Assembly: GCF_001194135.2 (NCBI RefSeq)
Contig: NC_068990.1
Span: 12,228,345-12,282,549 of the forward strand
DNA length: 54,205 bases
Direction: 5' to 3'
DNA from: Octopus bimaculoides
Taxonomy: Eukaryota
In this document: piece after piece, positions 14,605 through 26,042 of the stretch
Layout: the number at the start of each line of letters is the position of its first letter
How positions within the stretch are numbered: position 1 is the stretch's first letter
Program-made: the position numbers and the translations under genes
The notes under the pieces: model-generated
Told to the model about the DNA's origin: nothing
Seen by the model: the letters and a program-made list of their open reading frames with translations, nothing else
Database searches by the model: none

Positions 14605-14765
14605 CAAATACATCCTTGGGGCTGGCCAAATTGGAGCAATCTCGAGTATAACCAACCGAAATTGCAATAATCTGGAACTCGACTGAGGATAAAAAAAACT
14701 CTGAATGAGCCATCCTTGTTTTCTGGATGTTTTGCGCTCTTGTCCCAGTTTTGTATTTTTTATAT
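14605..14765 (-). mobile_element. Interspersed repeat, probably a Penelope-like terminal-repeat fragment; second copy at 26196-26418 (+)
   Basis: The reverse complement aligns with 26260-26375 (cattcaga...cctcagt-gagttccag...gcaatttcgg-tggttatac-c-agattgctccaat-tggccagccccaagg). The Penelope assignment is inferred from the adjacent hammerhead motifs. Confidence 0.55.
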
Positions 14766-14867
14766 ATAAATAAATATAGCAGCGTATGTACACTATTAGA
14801 GTAAGCACATAAATGCGAAACAAAGTTGGAAGAATAGTACTAGAATACCAGAGGTAGAGTAATATAT

Positions 14868-15026
14868 TTTATTAAAAAGCAGCAAAAATATCACAAAATC
14901 TGTTACTCAGAGTTTTACATTCCTATTCATTGGACAGTTTTGATTCTAAATAAAAACTGTCTGACGAACAGGATCGTGAAACTCTGAGTAACAGTTTTTG
15001 TGATATTTTTGCTGCTTTTTAATAAA
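14868..15026. repeat. Long inverted repeat: 74-bp arms, 11-nt spacer
   Basis: 14868-14941 versus the reverse complement of 14953-15026: 8 mismatches in 74 nt by hand alignment. Confidence 0.95.
14952..14999 (+). ncRNA. Minimal type I hammerhead ribozyme motif (Penelope-like element type)
   Basis: aaaaactgt-CTGACGA-acaggatcgt-GAAA-ctctgag-TA-acagttttt: 9-bp stem I, intact core, short stem II with one mismatch, palindromic stem III (ACTC-T-GAGT), GUA cleavage triplet at 14988-14990. Confidence 0.7.
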
Positions 15027-15131
15027 GTATATATATATATAGGAGAATGTACGAAAAAACAACAACAGACGAGGACAGGTGGTGTAAATAACAAAAGGAT
15101 GTATTAGTATGATGCTCAGGAATACGGAAAG

Positions 15132-15168
15132 TCTTTGACGTTTCGAGCTACGCTCTTCAACAGAAAGA
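15132..15168 (-). ncRNA. Minimal type I hammerhead ribozyme motif with variant core
   Basis: Minus strand tcttt-CTGTTGA-a-gagc-gta-gctc-GAAA-CGTC-aaaga: 5-bp stem I, 4-bp stem II, palindromic ACGT stem III and GUC triplet. The core has U at the conserved A6 position. Confidence 0.6.
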
Positions 15169-15799
15169 ATACGGAGACAAGGAGGAAAACACGGAGAAAA
15201 AAAATAAAAAATATATAAAGAATGATAAATAGCTAGATAGACAGATAACTGCGATATGAGCTCTACAGTGTAGATTTAAGTAAGTGGCACTATCACATTC
15301 TGAGAGTCTGGACTTCACAGAAGAGATTAGAATGTCCAGATCAGTGTTGCTTTGAAGTATAGAAAACACAACCAAACCATATATCATTGAAAACCTGAAT
15401 GTTATAAGGTTGTTGCTGTAGTTGTTATTAATGTTGTTGTCTGTTTTATTGCTGATGATAATGAAGCTGATGATGTTGATGATGGTGATGCTGGTGGTCG
15501 TTTTGATAATGATGATGATGAAGATAAAGATTATGATGTTTCATGCAATAGCCAAAGAAGCCAGGGAAGCAGTTCTTAGAACTGCCTTTTTTTTTTTGTC
15601 ACACTGAACACACACCACACACATACATACATATACATAATGTTAATAGACTCCCATGAGGTCAAAGTTTTTTTTACTTGTATATATATGTATATTTGTT
15701 GATTTTGCATCCATTATCATCAACTTAAGTAATTAAATTCTCATTTAATGGAAATTATCAAACTTCATCGGTTAATACTTGTCTGTTCCCATTAGGTTT

Positions 15800-15831
<32 letters not shown>

Positions 15832-16271
15832 NNNNNNNNNNNNNNNNNNNNNNNNNNNNNNNNNNNNNNNNNNNNNNNNNNNNNNNNNNNNNNNNNNNNN
15901 NNNNNNNNNNNNNNNNNNNNNNNNNNNNNNNNNNNNNNNNNNNNNNNNNNNNNNNNNNNNNNNNNNNNNNNNNNNNNNNNNNNNNTATATACATAAACAT
16001 ATATAAACATATATATGTATATAAAAAAGGAGAAGACAATGGAATAAACGATTATCTCATGAACATCGTTATCTTACAGCTGTTTCAACAATAAGATGTG
16101 GTGGACTGATAGTTGAGTGCTTGAGCAACATCTTACAGTTTCATCAATTTATTGAGAAAATTACTGCTCTGTACTTGACCATCACTTCATTCAGAGGTAT
16201 CCATGTATTGAGTTCTTCACCAGATTATTAGTTTCACAATGGCCAAGTGACATATTAAACTATATACAATA

Positions 16272-16424
16272 GGTGCAGTTGTGGCTGTGTCGTAAGAAGC
16301 TTGCTTCCCAACCACATGGGCACGCGTCTGTTGCTATAGCCACAGGCCAACCAAAGCCTTGTGAATGGAGTTGGTTGACAGAAATTGGAAGAAGCCTGTA
16401 ATATATGTGTGTGTGTGTGTGTGT

Positions 16425-16466
<42 letters not shown>

Positions 16467-16708
16467 TTAGGTGTGTGCCTTTGTGTCTGTGTTTGTCCAC
16501 CCATCATCAATTGACAACCGATGTCGATGTGCTTATGTCACTGTAACTTAGCAGTTCGGCAATGGTCCACCAATAGAATTAGGACCGGACTTACAAAGAA
16601 TAAGTCCTGGGGTTGATCTTTTCAACTAAAAAATCCTTCAAGTTAAAAAAAAGACCTCGACTCCAGCATGGCTTCAGTCAAATGACTGAAACAAATAAAA
16701 GAATAAAT
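16272..16708 (+). mobile_element. tRNA-headed SINE family A, full length with internal (GT)n; other + copies at 6448-6655, 7530-7660, 10385-10530, 37517-37645, 39692-39930, 44725-45010, 46630-46790
   Basis: Head gtggctgtgt-gtaagaagcttgcttcccaaccacatgg (A-box-like), body gccttgtga-tgga-ttggt-gac-gaaa, tail ccagcatggc--cagtcaaatgactgaaacaa-taaaaga; recurs at least 10 times in the window. Confidence 0.85.
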
Positions 16709-16711
16709 GAA

Positions 16712-16793
<82 letters not shown>

Positions 16794-17009
16794 TGGCCAA
16801 GGACATGCTGCAGCACTGCAACAATTTTATGTTTACTTTTCATCTCTGCAGGATCAATCAGTAACTAGCACTGATTGAGGAAATCTATTGTCAAAGGCAT
16901 TTCATCAAAAGCATTTCGCCATCATCATTCTCCTCCTGCTCCTCCTCCACCACCACCTCCTACTCCTCTTCCTCCATATCATCATCATCATCATAATTTT
17001 ACATCCATG

Positions 17010-17350
17010 GATTCTTTTTTTTCTTTTCACCATGCTTAAATGAGTTGGAAGGATTTCTTCTCCAGGACAGCATCTTCACAACTTGTTGCCATGCTTTTAC
17101 ATCTCTTTAGTGAGATTTCAGTCCCCTGAGATCAAACCAGCACCAATTTCTTCCCATCACGTCTTTCTCAGTCATGCCTCTTCTGCAAAATTCCTTCTAC
17201 TTGGATTATTTGCCACTTCTCTCCCTACCACAAATGTCAACTTTCAACTGCATCATCAGCTGTCCAATATCATCTCTGTCTTCTCTATTACACACTGCAT
17301 CTAATTCCTTTGATGTCCAATTTTTCCTCTAGCTCGCCTCTGCTCCATCA
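17010..17350 (-). mobile_element. RTE-clade LINE extreme 3' fragment, decayed
   Basis: Minus strand ELEEKLDIKGIRCSV, followed by sequence colinear with the RTE C-terminus and a ccaac-catg-type tail next to a (CAT)n run at about 16980. Confidence 0.65.
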
Positions 17351-19064
17351 CTATCATTTTCAGTAAAAAGACTCATGGGAGAATTTTACAAAGGAGATGG
17401 ATTGAACATCTAACACAAGCAAAATATAAAACTATTGCTACTTGTCAGATTATCAGAAATTATGTAGCATAATCAATCTTTTTTTATTATTTTACTGGTG
17501 TCAGAAATTAGACTGCAGCCTTGGTGGAGCACTATTCCAAGTGTTTCAGGCACTCATATAGATTTCGATACATATTTCAGTCTTGATCTTATTTTATCAA
17601 TTTCTATGTATTGAATAGCTAAGTTACTTTTTGACATAATGGGATACACAAACGCAGTGACACATGCACTCTCACATGCTTACACATATCATATATAAAC
17701 ATACATACAATGAAATATACTAGAAACCTCAATGAAGGTGCGTTGATGCAGTCACTAAACTTACAAGAAATAGCAGTCAAAATGCCAACAAATCACAGAA
17801 AATGAAAATGCATTAAATTGGTGATTTCAAAAAGTGATAAATACCCTGCCCTCAAAAAAATATTAGTGGAGTTTTTTTTTCGATATCTCTCTCTTTATTA
17901 ATGACTATACAATACAGACTTTGCATCTTTGTAATTCTTCATTATTTGTGATGCTGGAGAAAACTAAGAAAGTTTAAAAGGTTGATTTGATTAATCAAGG
18001 CAAATCATCAACTTTTTTTCAATCTTCACAGCCCCAACTTTCCGATGAGATCCTTGTTACAGGGCTGTCCTAACAGCATATAGAGCCCAGAGCAAATCAA
18101 TGTGCTGCATACTTTTAGATATTATTGTCTTGGGTTCATGGGCCAGTCCCTGTTTCCATGGCATTAAAATGATCAAGACCACAACGCCTACCAAATGGAA
18201 TGCCAGTGGATTGGAGCAATGTGTATTTAAGTGTTTTACCCCAGAACATAACACACTGCCCAGTCCAAGAATTGAAATCATGATCTTGTAATTATGCTTG
18301 CAACACCATAACCTTTAAGTAGTTTGCTTTCACAAATCAATGCACTGGGAACAATAGTATTTATTTATCAACTGCAAACCACATTATGCATGGATCAGAA
18401 TTAAGCTCCTAGGCCGATGTGGCCCTCAAGCAACTGCCAGGTATGTCTATGTCATAAGACAGCTTTGCTCTGATGCCCTGCACCTCCAAAAACAAAAATT
18501 AATAAATAAAACAAGATGGAATTGTTATAAATGGAATGCCTTTGGTAAAAGTTTAGTGCTGCATTATCAGGGTTGACCTGGTAGTTAAAAGAACACCAGA
18601 ACTAAGCTTAAATTTGAAGTGCCAAACCTTGTTATTATTTTTGGTCAATACTGCTTTTGAATTCAGAATCTGATTCTGATAATGGACAGCAATGCCATTG
18701 TGTAACAGTCTCTTCTACATTAAGTCATCATATATTGATAAAAATAAACAGAAAAAGTGAAAAAGACCTCGAAAATGTCATCTTTGACTCCAAAGTGACA
18801 ACAACCAGGAAAGAGAAGAAAAAGTCGTTTGCTCGTTAGCAAACACTCCTTTATTGGAAATACTCTCAAAATTCTACTTAAAATTATGTTTATATTTAGA
18901 TAAACCTCTTGATTGGAAATTTTTTTCTTCCTCCGCCAATATTCCTTCCTGTTCTTATTCATTTGTTTTTAATTCCAATTTCCAAAATCAGTCAGTCAGT
19001 AAGAATCGGTTTGGATGTAAGTCGATGCTTCAATGAATTTTCTCAATTTTCTTCTCAGAGAAAC

Positions 19065-19568
19065 ATCTTAATTTTCTTTTCTCCTTGCTTTCTTTCCATT
19101 TTCTCTTTCATCTTTTTCCTTTCTTTTTCTTTGTTTGCTTTTGTTCTTTTTCTACTTCTTCCTATTTTTTTTCCTTTTTACTCTTTGTATTCTATTTCAT
19201 TTCTTCTTATTTTATTTTGCCATTTTGTTCTTTCTCTCTATTCTCTTCTGCTTTTACTCTCCCCACCTCTCTCTCTCTTTCACCCTCTATCTTTCCATTT
19301 TCCAACCTATCTATATTTATTCACCATCTCTCTTTCTTTCTCTCTCTTTCTTTGTGTCTATCTATCTCTCTATCTCCCTCTCACCTCTCTGTCTCTGTCT
19401 TTGTCTGTCATTCTCCCCCCTTCTCTCTCTATCAATCTATCTATATCTATTCGACCATATTCTTATATAATAATGCCACTTTTGCTTAAATTTAATGCCT
19501 CCATTATTTTTCCTCTCCCCACCACACTGCCTCCTTCCTTCCTTCCTCTCAGCCAAACACACACACAT

Positions 19569-19615
<47 letters not shown>

Positions 19616-19920
19616 TACACACACACACCCACCACTTGCACAAGTACACATGACCACATCATTGCTGCACAACCACACTGACAGGAGTATCTACACATAC
19701 ACCCAGATATATACGCACATACACATACATAAACCCACACACACACACACATAAACACATATAAACACATACACACATATATACACTGATACACTCACAC
19801 ACAAGTACATACACGTAGTATACACTGCTCACTCACAAATAAATACATACAGAATAATCCTGTTGGATGTAGGTATTTTGGTTTCTGTTAGAATATAGAA
19901 TTGATTCACACACACACACA

Positions 19921-19962
<42 letters not shown>

Positions 19963-20930
19963 AATGCACGTAGATGAATACACTTGCACACATTCAAACG
20001 GCCATGGACACATAGAATCAACACACAAACCCATATGCCTGAACACAGGCACACATAAACATACATAGGAGCACAAGCACATATATACACATCAAATCCA
20101 TATACAAACACAGTAGTACCACACCACACAAACACACATTCAAGCACAATTACATACATACATACATACATGCATGTATGTCCTACACATGCACACATAC
20201 ACATGCACATATATGCACACAAGCACATCAAGTTCACACACAAATTTTACACAAACTTACACACACTCACACATACACATTAATAAATATTCCAACATGC
20301 ATTCATCCACAGTTATATACACAAACATAAACATATCTACACATAATTCCAAATATATATGCACACATTCACACCCACACATAGATGACTCCCACACAAA
20401 CACAAAACCATACACACATACACGCATAAGCTCTAATTTATACATGAAGTTCACATGCAACTCCTATACACACACACACACATATTCGTAAACACACTGA
20501 CACACATTCACAGACACACACATAGACATATATACACAACATACATTCACTCACATACACAAACAAATATACACTCCCATACACAATTACAAAGATACAT
20601 ATACATATACATGTACATCTACACACATGCATACACACTCACTAATGCACACATACGTGCATACAAATGCATACACAACACACCAAGTAAAACACCTTCT
20701 CCCATACAATTACAACATGCATTCACAGGTACATACATGCGCATTCATTCACAAATGTACATATACAGACACACACAAACACACATGTACAAATGCATAC
20801 ACAACATACAAAAATACAAACGAAAACACATTCTCAAACACAACTACAAACATACATACACATGTACACACATATACAGACATTCAAAAATATACACACA
20901 CAAACACTTACACAGAAACAACAAGCATTC
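19065..20930. repeat. About 0.5-kb CT-rich polypyrimidine tract followed by about 1.4 kb of degenerate (CA/TA)n
   Basis: Read directly from composition. Confidence 0.9.
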
Positions 20931-21637
20931 TAAAACTGCATGTAAGCGAGATTCTTTCACTCTGCAAACCACCTCACCTTACTAGAAGAATGGTTGGTTG
21001 GGGAGGTTTGGAATGATAGAGAACATAATAATTCTTAGACTTTTGCCTCAAAAGGTTAGTCTTGGTAGTTTAAATATATTTCCTCTTTCTTTTCCTTCCT
21101 CCATTAGAAAATTTAAATACATTTTTCTCTTATCAAACAATTTTATTTTTTTATTTTTGTTTAGAGTATTTTTGTTTTATGTTTTAGTAGGTGACTGTGT
21201 GTATGTATGTGTATAAGTATGTATGTGTATTTGTAAATCTATGTGTGNNNNNNNNNNTATATATATACATGAATGTGTACGTATGTGTGCATATTTGGGT
21301 ATATATAAGAATATGTAAGTTTACATCTGTATGCTTGTGTTTGAATGTATATATGTATATATGAGTGTGTGTGTGTGTGAGAGAGAGAGGGTGTATACGT
21401 GAGTGTGATGAATACATATATACATGTTGTGTATTTGCATGCATTTCTATATTTGTATGTATGTATGTATGCATATANNNNNNNNNNCTATATTTGTATG
21501 TATGTATGTATGCATATATGTTTTTGTGAGTTTATGTTTTGATGCACGTGTATATGTATGTGTGTGTGTGTGTATATGTGTGTGTATTTGTATTTGTGTT
21601 CAAGTACAAGGGTATTTGATACATATATATGTATACG

Positions 21638-21673
<36 letters not shown>

Positions 21674-22684
21674 NNNNNNNNNNNNNNNNNNNNNNNNNNN
21701 NNNNNNNNNNNNNNNNNNNNNNNNNNNNNNNNNNNNNNNNNNNNNNNNNNNNNNNNNNNNNNNNNNNNNNNNNNNNNNNNNNNNNNNNNNNNNNNNNNNN
21801 NNNNNNNNNNNNNNNNNNNNNNNNNNNNNNNNNNNNNNNNNNNNNNNNNNNNNNNNNNNNNNNNNNNNNNNNNNNNNNNNNNNNNNNNNNNNNNNNNNNN
21901 NNNNNNNNNNNNNNNNNNNNNNNNNNNNNNNNNNNNNNNNNNNNNNNNNNNNNNNNNNNNNNNNNNNNNNNNNNNNNNNNNNNNNNNNNNNNNNNNNNNN
22001 NNNNNNNNNNNNNNNNNNNNNNNNNNNNNNNNNNNNNTATATATATATATATATGCATACTTATATGTTTGTCCATTTCCATGTGTGTATTTGTGCACAT
22101 GTTTGTGTGTGTGTGTGTGTTTGTGTGTGTGCATGTGTATCTGTTTGTGAGTGTGTATGGGAGTGTGAATCAGTATAGTGTTTCTGTGACATTGGGGTTA
22201 GAAGCTAATAAGTTCCTGGTAAATATTTTTTGGGTGAGTGAATTTTTAGTTCAGGCAATTTCTTTTTTATATATATATTTTCATATTTTCTATATTTTTT
22301 ATTCTTTTGTGAAATCCTGATCAAGTTTAATATTTCTTTAAAACAAAGTTTGCTTCCACCGAAATATGTCTCTTGAGAGACATATTCATAGAGGAATCTT
22401 TCTAAAATGCTTGACTGATATTGAAATTCAGTGAAAAGGTAAGAGAAACAAAGCAGAACAGAAACAAAAACAAATAAACTACTTGAATGATATATAAAAA
22501 AATAAATGGGAGCACAAGAGATGTAGTTAAGGTTTTTCTGCTGTAAAGAAGAGGCATAAAGTAAAAAAAAAAACTATTTATAATTTATGGCTAAATTGAT
22601 TTATATTATTTCTCTTCGTGGATGGCTATTGAAATGCGAGTAAAATTTTTTGAATTGAAAACAATTCATATCTCTCAGTTTCAG

Positions 22685-22723
22685 ATATGTGGAGTCCCCT
22701 AATGTACAGTTAATACATGGGAG
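22685..22723 (+). CDS. Candidate 39-nt internal exon (phase 2-2, YVESPNVQLIHG)
   Basis: tctctcagtttCAG acceptor, GAG|GTAATC donor, length a multiple of 3, only one frame open. Confidence 0.25.
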
Positions 22724-22802
22724 GTAATCATTTCTTCATAATATTTGGTGGGATTAGAAGTTTGAATTAAGAATTAAGGAATAAGGAAAATGCATATTCT
22801 TT

Positions 22803-23649
22803 TATTCTTTTACTTGTTTCAGTCATTTGATTTTAGCCATGCTGGAGCATCACCTTTAGTCAAACATATTGACCCCAGGACTTGTTCTTTATGATCCTAG
22901 TACTTATTCTGTCGTTCTCTCTTTGCTGAACCACTAAGTGACAGGGACGTAACCAAACCAACATTGGTTGTCAAGTGATTGTGGGGGGGGGGGACACAAA
23001 TAGACACAAACAACAGACACATACATATAGACACATACATATATATGTACAACAGGCTTCTTTCAGTTTCCATCTACCAGATACACTCACAAGGCTTTGG
23101 TCAGCCCGAGGCTAAAGTAGAAGACACTTGCCCAAGGTGCTACACAGTGGGACTGAACCCAGAACCATGTGGTTAGGAAGCAAGCTTCTTACAACACACC
23201 ACTCCTGCACCTATAGTATGTCTCTTAGCTTTCTTTTTAACTTGTTTCAGTCATTTTGTGGCAGTAATGCAGGAGCGACACCTTTGAATACTTGGTTGAA
23301 CAAATCTACCCTAGTCTTTGATTTTTTAAGTCTGGGTCTGTTTTTGCTTTCATCAACCTCCTAAGTTAAATGGACATAAACAGACCAACAGTTGCCAAGT
23401 GGTGTTAGGGAACAAACACAAAGATATATTAACACACACACACACAAACACACACACACAAGCATACACAAAAAAAAAACACAAATATGACAGGCTTCTT
23501 TCTGTTTCCATTACCTAATCCACTCACATAGTTTTGATCAGCTCATGGCTATACCAGAACACACATGCATAAGTTGCCACGCAGTGAGACTGAACCAGTA
23601 CCCATGTGGTTGAGAAGTAAACTTCTTTCCACAGAATCACACCTGTGCC
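22803..23649 (-). mobile_element. Two tandem full-length SINE family A copies (22803-23211, 23231-23649); other - copies at 17470-17660, 47960-48400, 48420-48760
   Basis: Reverse complement of the 16272-16708 element, present twice head-to-tail. Confidence 0.85.
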
Positions 23650-23769
23650 TATAAATAAATATACATATATTTTTATTTTGCTTAGATATTATAAAGGTTT
23701 TAAAATTTCCTGTTTTAGGTAAATATACACAACACCATTTCATTCTTGCATAGGTTGAACAAGTTCACT

Positions 23770-24165
23770 CCAACACAACATCCTGCCACTTATTGCATTC
23801 CTTTGGCATCTTTTCTGTGAATTTCCTGAGATCACCCTTCATCAGTTCTGATTCTGACTTTCTCAATCTTCCATTTCCATTTGATCCCTTCCATATGCAT
23901 CTCCTGCAACTTCTTCACCTACATGTTATTATCATCCAATTGTATTACATGTCCATATCAGCACAGCCTTCACTCTTGCACACTACATTTGATTTCCTCT
24001 CATACCCAGTTTTTTTGTTTTTTTTTCTCTCAGCTCTTCTATGCCTCAGCATTCATGCACCAGAATATTACATATCTTCCATTTTATGCTGGCTTCATTT
24101 CTTTTGACCTTCACACATCCTCTGCATTAAGTGCTCACATATCACAACCATGAAGCAATGTACTG
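23770..24165 (-). mobile_element. RTE-clade LINE 3' fragment, heavily decayed
   Basis: Minus strand reads STLLHGCDM*ALNAEDV, then EELRE-KLGMRG...SVQE*RLC*YGHVI; colinear with the 37655-38135 copy. Confidence 0.75.
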
Positions 24166-24705
24166 AAAAGATATCAGAAACAAACAAAAATATGAAAGCA
24201 TAAGAGTAAACAGTATAGAGGATTAGTTTAATGCTATAGAAAAGATATAAAAAAGTAAGAAGTGTTTGATATTTCGGACAGTTGCTCTTCATCAAGTAGT
24301 TTCCTTTTCTTTCCTATTTTCTTCTCTGTTTTTTCTTGATAACAGAAAAATGCCCAGAATCTTTTAATAATTCTTCTTATTTATTTATTATTATTGTTAT
24401 TATTTTTTCTTTTTGCTTGAGTGTTAAGCTAACACTATCCTCTGTTTATTCCTGGTTTTTTGTTAATGTGTTTGTTTTTGTTGTGTCCATATCTTTTTTT
24501 TTTTTACCACACTAATACAGGCTTCTAGAGCCTTGGATTAACCTCAATTTAGATTACACTGGATCACTGATTATTTGTCTTTGAAGAGTATTTTGTTGGT
24601 TATGGCTCAAATCATACTGCTAGGAAGATTTAAAGTAAAGTAAATGAATAAAAGAATCGTGTAAATATAAACACATAACTTTCAAAGTTGTTGGTACTAT
24701 TGTTG

Positions 24706-24737
<32 letters not shown>

Positions 24738-24829
24738 GCTGTTGCTGCTGCTGCTGCTGCTGCTACTGTTGTTGTTATTAATGTTGCTACTGTTACGTCT
24801 AATGGTGTTGTTGCTGATGATGATTATGT

Positions 24830-24980
24830 TATTGCTGTGATTGTTCAGTCCTATGATAAGCCCTACTGACCAGACCTATGGCCAAAGTCATTCCAGTCAT
24901 GACCATCTTGTCGTTTTATAGGTATCTAGGACCTTTATTAAGATTCTGAAATGTTATTTGAGGGAAATCTGGTTACGATA
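24830..24980 (-). repeat. Old interspersed repeat family E; degenerate copies near 2440-2610, 3140-3345, 10540-10660, 13140-13330, 18500-18590, 27415-27625, 30160-30260, 35080-35295, 47680-47850, 53380-53440
   Basis: Recurrent motifs ctgctagaaatagcagccaaat and ggtcatg-ctggaatg-ctttg-tcatagg, usually ending at an (AAC)n run; copies are highly diverged. Confidence 0.6.
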
Positions 24981-25102
24981 TGCAATATAATATGTACAGC
25001 ATAACATATATATAAATATATGTATAATATATATAAAACATATTTTATTTCGTTTTTGGGATTGGTTTGCAAGATTCTTTATACAAATTCGTGTGTTGAA
25101 GC

Positions 25103-25328
25103 ATATTTTATTGTGTCTGGGGAGAGTCATTCTCTTTTAGTGCCTTATTATTTAACACACTCACCGGTTCAGTTTCCACTCATTTACTTATTTATTTTTT
25201 ATATTTCTATATAAATAAGTAAAATTTATTTTCTAATACATAAGTAAATATGTGGAAATTGAACCAATGAGTGTGTTAAATAATGAGGCACTAAAAGAAA
25301 ATGACTCTCCTCAGACACAATAAAATAT
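25103..25328. repeat. Long inverted repeat: about 89-bp arms, 48-nt AT-rich spacer
   Basis: atattttattgtgtctggggagagtcattctcttttagtgcc...catttacttat (25103-25191) pairs with ataagtaaatatgtggaaattgaacc...ctcctcagacacaataaaatat (25240-25328); roughly 90 percent matched by eye. Confidence 0.93.
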
Positions 25329-25589
25329 ATAATACATATATGATATATATATATATATGAACTTCAGTATGCGGTGAAGCAAATGTTTGCTGATCCCTTA
25401 ATTATGTTNNNNNNNNNNNNNNNNNNNNNNNNNNNNNNNNNNNNNNNNNNNNNNNNNNNNNNNNNNNNNNNNNNNNNNATATTGCTATCATCATCGTCAG
25501 CATTAACTTATATCTGAGTAGTTGAGCCTCTTCAACTGGATGGGTGTGAAGGATGCTGGTACCTGAGGTGGCTGTTATAATATATATAT

Positions 25590-26020
25590 TCAAGGGAAAG
25601 TCAAAAATTATCCACATTTTCACCATAACATATCTTTATTGTCACACAGCCTTCTGTATATGTGTCCTTATAGTTGGTACTATTGTGGTCACATGATTGA
25701 AGTTTGAGCCTGATCACACCATTTTCCTTTCTGGCCTTACAATGTAAGCATGGCTGCTCCATTAGCAATGTGCACCAAAGAAGAACAAAGAACAGTGATC
25801 CAATTTCTTCAGTCAGAAGGTGTGTCAGGTGCTGAAATTCATCAGAGGCCTTTAGCACAATATGGGGACAGTGCATTACCTCATAAAAGTGTGTGTGAGT
25901 GGATTGAGAAGCTTAAAAGTCGCTGGACAAGCATGATGCAGGAAGTGGGAGAAGGATTCCCACCAACTTCCACCACTGATGAGAGAATTCAGCAAGCTCG
26001 ACAGATGTTAATGGTGAACT
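25590..26020 (+). mobile_element. Mariner (Tc1/mariner) transposon 5' end with transposase N-terminal helix-turn-helix, truncated
   Basis: ORF 25750-26043 MAAPLAMCTKEEQRTVIQFLQSEGVSGAEIHQRPLAQYGDSALPHKSVCEWIEKLKSRWTSM...PTSTTDERIQQARQML is a mariner/SETMAR-type HTH. A TIR-like caagggaaagtcaaaaattatcc follows a TA run at about 25590. No DD34D domain is present. Confidence 0.85.
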
Positions 26021-26042
26021 GGTTCACCATTACCATCTCTTA

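Noticed and set aside
18992-19016. Plus-strand microexon(s) before GTAAGT at 19017
   Set aside because: Three alternative CAG acceptors and two donors give many readings, with nothing to choose among them.
22363-22386. Perfect 10-bp hairpin aatatgtctc-ttga-gagacatatt as a terminator or miRNA
   Set aside because: Too short for a pre-miRNA, intrinsic terminators do not apply to this genome type, and such hairpins are expected by chance in AT-rich DNA.
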